Below are positions 27,601 through 42,600 of a stretch of DNA of 64,000 bases, in pieces. The stretch comes from Tubulanus polymorphus. Its lineage: Eukaryota > Animalia > Nemertea. Under the pieces are notes generated by a model that searched no databases, was not told the DNA's origin, and saw only the letters and a program-made list of their open reading frames with translations. The stretch is from NCBI RefSeq assembly GCF_964204645.1, contig NC_134034.1, forward strand, positions 6,112,914-6,176,913. Direction: 5' to 3'. The translations under genes and the position numbers were made by a program. The stretch's first letter is position 1, and every line of letters starts with the position of its first letter.

Positions 27601-30600
27601 ATACAATGTGCTTTGATCAATCATATTTTACTGATCTATGTGTAGCTATTGCCCTAGGGCCCATCATCTCGAGAAAAATTGACACAATATGGCCATCATG
27701 TGACCTTGTTTATATGTTTGTGCCGAGAAAGGTCATTTTCGTCTGAATTCTGAGGCTAATAGCTTGCTTCTGGCCATATTTAATGGAAATTTAAGATACT
27801 TACAACATATCAAACAGTTTTTAGCCTGCTTGGGACATTAGTGCCAGCAGGCTAATGCTTTTCATTCATCGTCCATCTATTGATTTGTCAATCTGTAGAT
27901 GCAATGCAATTTAAAGGCACTTCAGTGGATTGTTTTGATATTTGGTTTATTATTTTTCGTACTAACCAAAACCATCCTGATCCATAGCAAGGTAAAATTA
28001 TAATTCAAATTAAAGTTTATTCGCATTTGTGAAATGGGCATCTTAAGTTAACCTCAAAATTTCAATCCGAATTAGCCAAATAACCTGAATAGTGGCTTTG
28101 TCCAGGGAGAAACACACTTAGATGATTGGAAGGTTGTGAAAAAACAGTTGTTAGCTAGGGATCAGATCGGTAGTAGTGCCATCTATGTGCTTTTTGGCCA
28201 CCTCACAGATCACAATGATCATTGTCAAGTCATGTTAATATTGAGGGAGAGGGAACATAAGAAATTACGGAATGGAATTATGAGCAAATGAAGGCAACCC
28301 ACCATAGCGACAAATGTAAAGTAGACTCCGCCCTATTCGGTATCGGTTGACTCGGTTAACCAGCTGCGTCAGTGAAATTCCAATACATATTTTTCTGATC
28401 CTAACATAAAAATCTCTTAAGTCGACTCAGGGTTTGTTCTAAGGAATGAAAATCACTTTCTATGGGGTAAGCATATCTGAAATTTCACCTGCCCCCTCAA
28501 AAATCTTGCCCTACACAAACAATTGAGCTGGAAAATAGCTTTGAGACATAAAATTAGTAGCTGTTGGCGTCATAAGCAAGGTGATATGCATGATAGTTTG
28601 GATGAGTTGCCGTTTACATTTCGTTAAGAACTTTCACCAGTAGTAACTGAGGAGGCCTCGGCTGTTGTTTGCCGTCGATCTAGTGGCCACGTGTTGGGTT
28701 TGAGTCTGTGAAATTCACGCAAATCATGAAAACCTACCACCCCTCATCATTCTTGCAAATTCGTGTAAATCATGACAACCTACTACCTCTCTACCTCATT
28801 AACCAAACGTTCCGCACTGACTACACATTAGTGAAATAGTCTTTAAAAATTTAAAATTGGCCAGTATGTTAACTTAGGTCCTATCTCATTTTTTTCTTAT
28901 ATTTGTGATAGCTATAATCTTTTTGTAAATGGCCGTTAAGGCTTCATGTTTCGTCTGCAATTAACTGATAATAGTTATGTAACTATGTACACAATTTTAT
29001 ACGCTTTTGACTTGTACTCTCAATCGAAACAGTTCCTCACTAGCTTCACTGCGGCAACTTCATTTATTAAGTTAGCCATATCACATTATATAGTTATATT
29101 GTTCCTTGAAACCCTTATCGCTGAAATAATTGAAATTCATACTATATCCCATTTGTATTGTGAATATACGAAGTTTGGCCATGTGTGTGTTCTGCTGCTT
29201 CGCGTGAGTCCTGGTAGACCTCCAGTTGCTACCATAACTGCTCAATATAAGCCGAATTAAGCCAGCCGGCCAATGCCTACCGACTCGTCGCGAAGACTTC
29301 TCTGGCTAGTTGCTTATGGTTTACTCCAGCCTATGGTAGGCTTAAAGTTGCTTTCAAGCATAACCAGCTGAGCTTAGCTGCAGTGCAACAGAATTAAGCG
29401 CAGGAATTCCAGCCAATGGGAGACTGCATAATGTATTGTACGAATTGTAACCGCTGGTTAGCGTCAATCGTATCTAGCCATAAACGTTCAAATTCAAAAT
29501 TCAAATAGTTTCAAACAAATGGCAAATGGCAGGTGAGAGGATATCAAAATGAAATTGGTAGTTTATTGCATGAGCAGCCCTCTACGTATATGAAAAAAGA
29601 AATGTACACATAGCTCAGGGGAAATGAGAAACAAGGTATCAATATTTTTAAGCCTAATAGACTTTATAGTAGGAGGTGCGAGCAACGCACTTACTGTACT
29701 ACTTGCTCTGTTTGCCTAAACAAACAATGGAATTAATCAGTTTTTAGGGTTATTTATTGATAATGGGTTCATTTGAAAATTTTACACTATCACGTATCAT
29801 GGTGAAAAAAAACTTGCATACAAATACATGGATGAATATCACACAATACTTATTTGAATAAAGAAGACACCAAACTGATGATCAAAACTGTCTAGAATAT
29901 TAAAAACTTCCATGAACAGTGCAATCCCTTATCCATACTGCTGGACAACAGAGATGCTGGCTATTCGTCACTAATGCTCCGCGTAGTATTTCAATGGGTA
30001 GTGGTATGGGACGCAATTAGTGATAAAAATTAGCACTACACCGACACGTGGCTAAGACGACTTAAAGCTTTTAGTTTTATTTTTTGAGTATGACTCACAC
30101 AACTTTCAAAATTCCAATGAGTGCTATGTGACGTGTATAATTTTGACATTTTTCAGAATTTGTTAAAAAACAAAACATTTAGGCTATACTTGAGCTAACT
30201 TAAGCTAAATAGATGCCTAGCCTGCCCTAGGGCCCTTGTCCATTTTTCCAAATTGGAACTTCCAATTTTCTCAATGTTAAGTGTCAAAGTCCATGTATGT
30301 CTCATCGACTTATGAGCCATAGGACATATCTCTTCATGGAATTGGGATTAGCCCATCGTTCCCTTGAAAATCACCTTTATCAACCAGTCACCACTAAAAT
30401 GTTGACTGTAGCACGATGATATGCATTCATTTCCATTTGGGAAAATTGAAAATTCATCCATGAAATACTTGGGAGAAACTTGGGAATTTTGAATTCATAT
30501 AACTGTTGGAACCATGCAAATAGGGACATTTGCTTCAGAAGAAAAAGCAATTGACAATTTGAACTCCCAACCTGCAGACTGCTATTTAAACGCTGTAACC

Positions 30601-33600
30601 ACTACAACACCGGGTCTACCAAGCTCTGGTGACGAAAGGCTATTAACTGCAAAAGTATTTATTATATTCAGAATTATCTGCACGTAGGGTGATTACCGTA
30701 AGTATACTCTCTGAGATAATTAGGGTTCCCAGTTCTTCATAGCTCTAATACTTGTAACTCAAACGAAGTAGTGTTCATAAATTTCGTACAACATTCGACT
30801 TATGAACAACTTTGTTAAAACAATTTAGTAGATCGAACTACTGAGTACGCTGGCTTATATGCATTATTGCTTTATACACATGTATAGTCCTACCTAGTAC
30901 TGATATCCTAACTCAATGAAAAGAATTTAATTCAACTAAGTTATTACAAGTTTATTACTTGATTGATGCATGGTCCAAAATCAGTCGCAAGCTGCAAGCT
31001 TGCATGATATTTGTCGGTTGAATATAAGGATTAAGAACCTTGGCCGGAGAAATTGAATGAGATTACCACATATGACAAGGATAGCTAGGTCTACTCGCTG
31101 AGGTGTAGCTGCAGATAAAAGCAGGTGTTCACATGAACCTGTAGTTAATTCTACCACTTTGCTTCTGGGCATTTTATATTGTATGTTTTTAGGTTTTTTA
31201 CTTTCCCAGATTGTACCAGGTGCTGCACGCATTCAGTGACACAGATCTTACCCAGAATTTTCATCTTGTTTGGTTTTATGTTGGTCTTAGTCAAAGTGAT
31301 TAACTGCCTTCAGTTTTATATATAGTTCTTGATATCTGCTAAGTCTGTCCTTGCATGTTATAATCGTTGGTAAAACAATTTAAATGAATTCTAGCTGCCA
31401 TTATTGGGTATAATAATTATATTTCGAGTAGTATGATGTAACAGTGTTAGCTTTTCTGAATCTAACTATCTGCGAATGGAATTCATTATTTTTGGCATAT
31501 ACCTTGAATACCTTGAAACTTGGTGATAAAGTGATATGTGTAAGTCAGAGGAGAAAACCTTTTTTCCTCTTATTTTGAGGTCAGACTTGCAAATGATTTA
31601 CTGTAATGGCTTAAACTGAAAACAGTTGAAGATAATATATCGGAAACAGATTTTTCGTATCATGTGCTTTGTATGTAGTAGAAGTCAGCAGATTCATATC
31701 CACACAAATAGAGATTTATAGTGAGAGATACTTGGAGATTACTGTATGATGTTTTGTCTCATTTCAGGGTGGTGCTGACCAAAACATGCCAATAATAGTA
31801 TCTCGTGTTGCTCCCGGTACACCAGCAGATACATGTATACCTCGCCTCAATGAAGGGGACCAAGTTTTATACATTAATGGACGAGATGTTTCTCAACATA
31901 CTCATGAGCAGGTAAACATTATTGAGATGTAATTTCTTAGGACAGTTAATTATTATATTATTATGTTATTATAAAAATCTATAACTACTGAAGTATTTCA
32001 CCTTGGATCATAGAATGTTATGCAGACGTAGAGTAGGGCTGGCAAATTTTATTGAACATGAAATTAGGTCACTGAAAATTTTTACTGTGGCCACCAGGGG
32101 ACTTGATTGAAAAACAACGTTGGAGCGATAGAGCTTTCATTTCTCGAGAAATAATTTTCAAACTTGGTATACAGGTAAGAAATGGTGCGAGGTATGTTCG
32201 TAATTAAATTCAGGTTGCACTAGTTTAAATTGTGGCCATTTGGGGGCTGCATTGGAAAACGAAGTTAGCGCGATGGATCCTTCATTTCTCAAGCTATTTT
32301 TTTGCCCCCGGCTCAACTTAAGTTGAAAGGGCGCATATAGATTTACCCCTGTCTGAATAAGCTGCCACCGTTGCCTCCGCCGCAAGTGACATTAACAGCC
32401 TAGAGGCCGCAATTGCTGGCCGATTGTTTTCAAACTTGGTTCACAAGTATGATATCACTTGGGCCAGAACCCTATTTAAAATTGGGTTGATTCGATTCAG
32501 ATTATGGCCACCAGGGGGCCGACATGAAAAACGAGGTTAACAGCCTAGACGTTAACGTGGCGGTGAATTTCAGGCCGAGGGCATTCGAGGCTCTGCCTTA
32601 TTCTAGTTTTCAAACATGGTACACAGGTTGGAAATGGTCCAAGGAACATGCCTTTTAAATTCAGCTTGCTGTAGTATAAATTGTGGCCACCAGGGGGCGC
32701 ATTGGAAAACAATGGGTAAATATCTTAAACTTGGTACACATGTTTGACATAGTATGAGGTTCATTCCTATAAACCAAATAACATATTTAGCTACAATACC
32801 CGTGTTTTCAATTGGTATAGACAGCGTTACCCGATTGTAAGTTGAGGAATTGGTCTAGTATAGACAGAGCTTATAAGTTGGGGCATCAGAGGTGTACCAA
32901 CTCATCTAGTTGTTACTCGGTTGATAAGATATTGCCGAAGTAAAAAAATTGATATTCTATAGTAGTGCTGACCTGTCCAGAAATAAAAACAAATTAGTCA
33001 ATACTTTACAGGCCTACTCTAATTAACTGTTTATTTCCATATATACGTAGATAATCGCAACATTTATTTCGTCATTATTGCCAGAGAGTGTAGTATTTTC
33101 TTAGTGTATGCGTCAGCCGATTAATAGAATGTTAGCAAATTGGTGATTTGGATTCAGCAAGTACACATGCATGATGTATCAATTCAACATCAGTTAACTG
33201 CTGGTTGAATTCTTAATGAAGCTTGATGAATCTCAAGTGTGAGGATTGGGGCAGGAGAGATGTCCACCCCTTCAGAAAGTAGAGAATTTCGGCCTTTGTA
33301 TATGGCCGCCAAGGCATCCATCTTGAATTTCTTTTCAGCACAATACTGCCTACAATTCTTGATAGGTTTCGATGAATTTTTGCCAGGGCAGCCATCTTGA
33401 ATTTCTTATTCATGCAATATAGCCTATAGTTTTACATAGATTTTCAAGAAATCTGGTGGATTGGTTTGAAACCGCTTACCCCTGGGAGACATAGTTGCTT
33501 TGCCACATTCTTGGTTGAGAGCAACTTTCAGATTCAGATCGATAAACATCCCATTTAGCATCACAATGTTTGGAGGATTGTTACTCTTAGGCAGGCTGCA

Positions 33601-36600
33601 TGTATAAAAGTTAAGAAAGTCGCACTTCTTACATTTTCGCTATTTTTTTGTCCAAATTTGTGTGGATGGACTCAGCTATGCAGACTGCAATGATTTTGGC
33701 AGTATTCACGAGAAATAATTCTTTTTGATATGTGTCTGTATGTATGGAGATCTTTGTATTCCCATGCCAAGTTGGTAGTGGAGGCTCTATTTATACTGGA
33801 TATTCAGAATTCTTAATGACTGATTGCAGGTTGTGATGTTTATCCGTGCTTCTCGTGAAAATCATTCGGGAGAACTAGAGCTTATAGTACGTCCCAATGG
33901 TGGGTATTTTTCTATTTTCTCTTTGGTTGCTTTTGCGGATGGTTAGGATTATAACTGAAAATCTTTCCTAAATGATACAGGGTTTTTCCCACTTGTAGTG
34001 TAATTTTTCTGCAGAAGTAATTTAGAACTGTTATTAGATTGTTCTGTATGTTACAAATTCCTAATATGCATTGCAATGTTGGTCTTGGTTTTGAAAGTCA
34101 GTAGAGTATGAAATCATTACAGAAGTAAAATACCTAAACATACTGCCACATGATAAGAAAAACTGAAAAATACAGATTGGCTGATAAAATTGGCAAATTG
34201 GGCAAAGCTACTAGATGCACACTTTATGAAGAAACAGTTAAAATACCTAGCATGATCAATTTGTCAGATCCGCCATACACTAACAACTAATTTATTCATA
34301 TTAATAATACATATAGATTAGTATTGCTGCAAGAAGATTCATTTCTTTCACTATCTGAATCAGAATTGAGCCCACTGAGCTCCCATAATAAGATTGTAAG
34401 AAATTTAGCTTTAGGTTTTTTTTAAGCTTGGGCCAACCATTTCTTTTTTGGTCTTTACACACCCATGTGCTAATATAATTTCAATGTTCACATGGTTTAA
34501 ATTGTGTCTTAATTTTAAAATTTCATTGTACATGTATTTGCAGTGTACTATGGTGAAGACCCAAGTGAGGAGCCTGATTTTCAGTACATACCAGATACTC
34601 ATCATATATCCAGTACTGTACCACAGGGTGATATGTTATCTGGGTCACTAATGCTCTTACAGGAGGCTTTAGAGAATGGTGCAGCCTTAGGCCAGTTTGA
34701 TGTAAGTTCTCCCTGAATCAAAATCATTCATTTGGCCTCTGTTCCTGCAGTTGTGTGTATGCTTTGACAACCAATAATTGGGACATAAGCGTTTGATACC
34801 ATAAGCTTGGTCTGCAGCTCACACAGCTGATTGATAAACACTTTGACAGTGGCAGCTTTGGTACTACAATGCCCATGTGAGCTGTCAGTTCCGGTTTATA
34901 CAATGAATATTGGAATTATAAATCGCTTTTACAATATATTATGCTAAAAGTATAGTGCTGTGTTGGTCAATAGATAACATCACTGAGTTGTTTCCCCATT
35001 GGGAGTACTCTCCAGCTCTACAGTTAACCATTGTGATAATCATTGTCCATCAAGTTAATTTTCGAGCTACGTAGTCAAGACCGTACATCAATAACCCTGC
35101 AATTCTTTGGAAAATTCTATAAAATATTTCATATTTTCAGCAACTGTACAGGAAAAAACCTGATTTTACAATGCAAGATGCAAGACTTCCAGAAAATATT
35201 CCAAAAAATCGTTATAGAGATATCTCGCCATGTAAGTATCTACATTCAGAATGAGTACATACATGCTGAAAATCTTAACCATGTGTGAACTCAAATGCAC
35301 ACTAAATGGAATAGTGTGAGTGTAATTGAAGCTAATGGCATGCTCTCTGATTATGGCAAGTTTCAAGGTCATTTATTTCTGTTCACCTGGGGGAGTTGAA
35401 TAGCAGAATAACATGGTATTTTCTGTATATTGGTTGCTATGCATATTTTGTTAACACGATGAATTGCAAAATACTAGTTCATGATTGTACATGATTGTTG
35501 TGGTGAGGTTATTACTGTATTTGTTCACCAGGGTGTGTTGAATTGTTAAAAGGATTAAGTGTGTCAATGTATATAGTAAGTTAGCGCTTACTGAATGGTG
35601 AAGCAAGAGATCTTTATTGCAAATGAACTCAAACGATGCAGATTTAGGGTCCAAGTTCTGGGGAAAAAGCTAGAATTTGTTGATATCCTGTATCCACGCC
35701 TGCAATTTCAAGGGGATTTGTCAGTGGGATGAGTATGATGTCCAGCTCTACCGATGGTCATCATCCAATACAACAACCATGTTCTTGTTAGCAGAATTAT
35801 ACTGATGGAAAATTTAAGACAGATACTGCCTGTGGTTACGACCCACTTAACTAGTTAGAAGGCAAGCTTATTGGAAACTGCCAGTTAGATGGTTCGATTG
35901 AATATCATTCTGACTCCTGTTTTAGCTGAATTGTTTTCCTTTTTACCATGTAGATTTTGTATATATCCCGGGAGACAAATGTGACATTTACCACGGTCTT
36001 ATATCTTCCAACTGTTCTCTTTTTAGATGACCAAACTCGGGTGCAATTAAAGTCTGCTAGTTCTGGTGATTATATTAATGCTAACTATGTAAATGTATGT
36101 ATAACAAGAATTGATAATCATGATTTGACCACTGGTTAATACCTAAGCACTGAATTTGATAGTTCCTCATATTTTACAGATGGAGATTCCAAAATCGGCA
36201 ATTGTAAATAGATATATAGCTGCCCAGGGGCCACTTCCAAACACCACTGCTGATTTCTGGCAGGTATGTCATCAACCAGATTTTGTGAAATTTGTGCTCT
36301 GCTTTTTGCCCACTTGTGACTTTGGTCCCAGCAGGCTATTGCGTTCACTTTTCATCCGTTCATAGACGGAATCCAGTTATTTTGGGAAGTTTTGAAGATG
36401 CTTCAATGCATTGTCTTGATATTTGGTTTATGCTTGTATCTACTGCAAACACATCTTCAGCCCAAAAACTGGTTGGTCAGATTCAAGATGGCCGACTAAC
36501 AGCTATTTTTATCTCGCGCGAGATGTTGTAAAATGGATCTAAAAATCTAATTTTTGCTTCCGAATGAGGTTGTAACTTTAACACGAAGTCATGCAATCCA

Positions 36601-39600
36601 CCATATTTATGTGCAAAATGTAGCTTGATCATGTGGCTAAAATCTGTTGGAAGTGGAATTTTGAATGTTGTGTTCATTTTAAGAGAAATCGACAAATTTG
36701 TGGCGATTTTAAAAAAAATTTCAAGGAGCATTTTGTTTCATAAAGCGTCTGGAAGGCCGTTGTACATCAATAAATTGATGTAAAGTAAATGCTCCCTGCA
36801 GTTAGCTGATCTCCCGCAGCCAAACAATGTAAGGGAATATTCAATTATACGACACAGACAAACCGGTCTTTTAATCTGCTGGAATATTCATGTGCCATTT
36901 TGTAGGATTTACTTTCTCATTTCAAAGTCATTTGACAGTTTTATTATATGTTTATTTTAAATGATTGTCGTCATATTCCCACAACTATCTTATTATGCAA
37001 AAATTGGTGATTCAATTGATACGCTACATCGTCGACGCGCTCACAATCGAATCAGCACGACCCGGCGCCGCGCTGATCGACATTACTAGATCGCTGCATA
37101 GAACTATAAGCGAAATGGAAGGCCAACTCTGTGACGTCACTATACATTTGCCTTTGCTATCTTCGAAATTGATAAGCGCCCTACTGGTGGCGATAAACAA
37201 TAGATTCTTGGAAATATTTTCGATTATATTAATCACTGCGAGCATTGGACATTACCGTTTTTCAAGATTTAGTATCAAAACTTTAACAAATCAATGAAAA
37301 ATGCTTAATTAAGAATAGAGACGGTAACCAGTCTACGACATCTATTGTATATCGCCACTGGTGAGGGCGCTGAACAAAACACAAGATTACTAGCAGTGCC
37401 TAGCGGATTTTTGAGAAGTCGGACTTCCCGTTTGCTTATAGTTATATGATCACTGTTAGATTTTCTTTAGGTTTAGCGTTTATCTTACGAAGTAAGCAAT
37501 TATTTATAACGTAGAGTACTGATGATACTCATTAGCCCCACAATTTATTCCACATCACATTGGTCCCACATCTCATTAGTCCAACATCTCAATGGTCCCA
37601 CATTTTTTCATTCAACTAACTGCGCCAGAGATATAAAGATCCGTGGATCTCTGGTTGTTCGTCAAAATATGCGCTTTTTTGAAGTTTTGGAGGAAAATTT
37701 TAGATGCTTTTATCAATGATCTTGATTTTTCACGTATGTTTGCTGTCTGGGTCGAAATGATTAAGTCTTTACTGTGTGTGCCCTTCTACAAGGAAAGATA
37801 AACACATGCTGGTAAAAATTGGTGACGTCTCGTTAAAATGTTACTCCTATACGGATAAAGATTACTGTTTTGAAACATTTGGTTACTGTTCTTTAAAAAT
37901 AGTGCGAAAAGAATTTTCCCGATAATGGTTATGTCACCTGGTTATACAAAGGTTATCAAAGCATAACATCATAAGCGAAGCTTCGAGGCCCATGGGCCTC
38001 ATGTTTAAGAATCATGATCAAGCTATCCATAACAGATCCGAAATTTTTTTTTTTAAAAGGGTAAGTGACACTTTTTAAAAGATTTTCTACTTTTTACACT
38101 AAACAATAGATAATGGTATACATTAAGGCTAGGTGATTTCATAATTGGAAAAATCTTTTCAATCTAGTCAGAATTGATGATTTAGATGTTCGCGCACCTG
38201 TCCAGTGTACATACAGTGTTTTAATACATTGCTTCTGCTGAACACGTGGAACTGTGTCTATTAATATAACTACGTCACTGAAGTGACAGCTCGGAAATGA
38301 TGTCTATAGCAATGAATAGGAAATAAGCTACAAGAGCAATTTGACTTAATTTTATACCTATTTGGCATTCGAATTCAGATGAAATGCCTCTTGATTTTGA
38401 AAGTCTACATATCAAAAGTTTCTGTAGAGTTTTGAAGTGTTAGTTTTCAAACTACTTAGTCTTAAATGACTATGAAAAATATGAATTTATTTATTCTTTA
38501 GTGAGATCGAACTCTGTTAGTGCTTATAAGACACTGTATAGTATGCTTGTGGTGCTGAACTATAGGTGAACTATGGAACAGCAGTAACAGTGCTGAGAGC
38601 TAAGCATAGTGTACTTTAATAGCTTCATAGCAGCGGATTAAAATCTGCATCTTCAATTTGATCGATTTAGTCTATTCAAATTACTCATTGATTCTTTGAA
38701 ATAGGTTTATGCAATAGACAATAGATCCTTCTACCTCCCTGGCCAGTTTCAAAGTTGTAAAACAATCTGACATTGAGATATAACAGAAGGTACACGCAGT
38801 TCCTTAAAGTTCAACGCATTACTATAAATGCTATTTCTCAGCTGTCCCTTTAATGACATTGCAGCGCGCACCTGCTGATTTAGCCGACGCTGAACAGTAA
38901 GTGATGTAAACAACAAAATGAGGTCAAAAATCATGTTACAAAATCACAAATTGTGCGTAAACTGAACATTTTTGAATGGATGAGTGTATAGATCAATAGA
39001 ATACATCATATTTTGAAATAAAAAGAGTGTCAGTTACCCTTTATCACCCTCAACCTGGCAGTTTTGAGAGTGAAGTGATAACTAATTTTATTGCAGCTAA
39101 TAAAAATGACCTGGCCGCTTATGAGAAACAAGGAATCATTTCATTTTAGCCTTAGGACCGTTTATGTTTTTAAAGTACTTCAGTTTTACTGTGTGCCCCG
39201 TCTATTTTTCCACAACTAATATTAAGGTAGATCAATCCCTGCAGTAAAGCCATCACTTCACAAGGTGACATTAGCTTAGCTTAAAAGAGTTCTGTACATT
39301 TTCTCTATCAACTGACACTCAAGCAATGTGTAGCATTGCTCAATTTATTCCTGCATTCTGAGATTTGGGTCTCTGAGAAACTGTTGATATTATTAGGGTT
39401 TTCTGTTATTTCACAGAAAACCCTATTGATATCCGCGTGATTATTATTATTATTATTTTCTTCCTCACTATTTTTACCAAAAGAACATAGGCTTTGTTAC
39501 CTTACCGCTGTTTCATATACAATCCATATAATATCGTTCAGCTCACTGAGATCTACAAATAGCCCGCGTGTTTTTAAACGAATCATCGTTACAAAAGCGC

Positions 39601-42600
39601 TGTCGGGCCGTAAACATCGAAAATTTAGCCCCATTCAATGGGGCGACATGTTTTTCGAGTCGTCATCCCGAAATCAACCCGCAGGCCGACTGTCACTTCG
39701 ATTATCAATTCAAGTATAAATGAACTAATTTATTGCCGCAGACTTCACATTCAGTCGCGGTCTTCAAACAGTGATTTTAACAATAGCCCATTTTCCTCAT
39801 CAAATCATATTACCGATACACTGGAAATTTACTTCTTAAGATTTTAAAAGCACTGTCGAGCCGTTGACATCGACAAATCGACGTGTGTTACTACATCGTC
39901 GTTCCGGGGATCAGCTGCGAATTTCTCCTCATCATGAGAATCAAATCCAGGAAGAAAGACACTCTTAATATTTGGATGGATATATGAAAGCTGTGGGTAC
40001 TGGAGTGTGTAATGGGTAGTGTAGTGTGATCTGTGTGCATTTGTGGCCAGCACACAGATCACATTGTTCAAATTGGGGTTTGGTCCAGGACTCGCGAGAT
40101 TTTCAACAACACGGAAGTAACGTGTAATAAATGATGACTTGAATTGCATGACTACCTACCACCCCTCATTATTGTTGGAAAACTAAACGTTCGGCACTGA
40201 CTAAAAATTAGTAATAACATTTTAGAAATGGCCAAAATTTTAACTTAGGTTCTATCTCATTTTTATTTTACAATTGCGATTGGTATAATTTTTTTTTAAA
40301 CGGCCGTTAAGGCTTCATGTTTCGTCTGCAATTCACTGCAAATAGTTACGCAACTACGCACATTTCAGTGTTTTTGGCAGCTGTACACTCAATCGGCACT
40401 GTTCGTGACTAGCTTCACTGCGGAATTATCATTAAATAACATCGCAATATCACATCATCAACTTATATTGTGCCTTAAAACCCTAACAGCCGAAATAATT
40501 GAAATGCACACACGATTTCTATCATTGAAAATTGAGAGAGTGGCCATGTTTGTGTTTGCTGCTTCGCGTAAATCCCGCGCGGTGGCGCATCCGCGCGGAG
40601 TGGGGCCGATACGTCGAGTACAAATTAATTTATAACTACCAGTGATTTGGCTGCGGGCGTCAAGCAGTTAGTTTAGCAATACCTATTTTCCTTTACCAAA
40701 TTAACCGTGTATTTACTAAGATAAATCATAAGTGTACCGGGGAGTCGTAGGCCTAAACTGAACATGCCGAAGAGATATAGCGGAGAAAAGCTGTTATGTC
40801 GACGAGGTATCAAAATAAAAAAATATATTACTTTATTCGGCCGCGGGCTTCAACCTCTATATCATTACCATCAATACTCTATATTTCCTACAGTACATAC
40901 CGATCATTGTCAAATCCACAAGGTATTTACTAAATACAAGTATATTACACACTCCTATCCGTATGCTGGACTCACACTTGACATTCGGAGTAAGCGTTCG
41001 CTGTGTCGCTTGAAGTGTTTATCGAGTTTTACGCGACCTTAAGGCTTTAGTATGGTGGCTGATAAGATAAAAAACACGAATATGCAAATGAGGGTGACAT
41101 TACGACAAAACTAAAATAACGCCAGAAAACAATGATTTTGATTTTGTCGCCCACGACAATTCATTATTTTGGTTTTGTCACACGCGACAATTCAAATTTT
41201 GGTTTTATCGCCCGCGACAATTCATTATTTTGGGTTTAACGCTTGCAACAATTCATTAGTTTGGTTTTGTCGCCCGCGACAATTCAATATTTTGGTTTTG
41301 TCGCCCGCGAAAAATTCAATATTTTGGTTTTATCGCCACGACAATTCATTACTTCGGTTTTATCGCCAGCGACAATTCATTATTTTGGTTTTGTCGCCCG
41401 CGACAATCCTTCTTTTTAGTTTTGTCGCCCGCAACAATTCATTTTTTTGGTTTTATATTTTGTTTTTGTCGCCCGGGACAATTTTTTTTTTGCGTTCACT
41501 TTTCGTCCGTCCGTCCATAGACGGAATCCAGTTATTTCCGGAAGTTTTGAAGACGCTTCAAGGTAATGTCTTGATATTTGGTTTATACATGTATCTACCC
41601 TAGACACATCGTCAGCCCAAAAACTGGCCCTGTCAGATTCAAGATGGTCGACTGGCAGCCATTGTTGTTTGCCAAAATCAGCACTTTTTAAACATTTTCG
41701 AAGTTTTCGTGGGAAATTTTGAAGACGCTCTGATCAATTACCTTGATCTTTCGTTTATATTTGAATCTACCAAAGGCCCATCAGCATAAGAAAATTGGGT
41801 CGATCTGACTCAAGATGGCCGTCCTATGACCTTTTTAGTGCCCAAAAATGTCAATTTTGGCCAAAATTCTAGGTCCTGTAGCTTCCTACTGGTTTGCCAT
41901 TTCTCATTGCAATTGCTGATGGGTATTCTTTAGAGAGGGATGTTTTATACCTGGGACAGGTATTTTGATCAGCCAATTATGATGCAATTGGCGGCCATCT
42001 TGGTGTCATCAGTACTCATTCGTAGGTGGGAAAAAGTTTTTCCACATTAAATTGATACCTAAGCATATTGTGTTACTATATTCAATTGGAAAGTTGTAGC
42101 CCATAACGTGTTCTATGATTTTGGTGAGTTTCAAGGTCATTGGTTTTTGTATGTGGCCATCAGGGGGCGTTGAATAATACAATAACTTAGTATCGCTATA
42201 TTATATTTGTACCAAGGCATATTTTGTTACCATGATCAATTGCAAAGTTGTAGTTCATGACATCGTCTATGATTGTGGTGAGTTTTTAAGGACATTAGTT
42301 ATTCCATATAGTCACCAGGGGGCGTTGAATAGTAGAAAAGCTTAGTTTTTCTTTATTAGATTGGTACCTAGGCATAGTTTGTTACCATGATCCATTGCAA
42401 AGTTGTAGTTCATGACATCGTCTATGATTGTGGTGAGTTTTTAAGGACATTAGTTATTCCATATAGTCACCAGGGGGCACTGAATAGTAGAATGGCTTAG
42501 TATTTCCTTATTAGATTGGTACCTAGGCATATTTTGTTACTACGATCAATTGCAAAGTTGTATTTCATGACATGTACTACGATTGTGGTGAGTTTTAAGG

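Noticed and set aside
28775-28798. 15-nt perfect complement to let-7 (ACAACCTACTACCTC) plus a second seed match
   Set aside because: It lies in a diverged family A repeat fragment (other copies read ACTACCTACCACCCCTC), it is intronic, and there is no precursor hairpin; probably chance.
30555-30615. tRNA-like A/B-box pattern on the minus strand
   Set aside because: Too degraded to fold as a tRNA; at most an old SINE head.
39844-40149. Duplicated [18 protein letters not shown]… (also 50913-51176)
   Set aside because: Both lie in the same repeat segment and diverge by a frameshift; not a gene family.
41169-41603. 144-aa ORF, and the similar ORF at 42890-43111
   Set aside because: These are translations of the 31-bp minisatellite.
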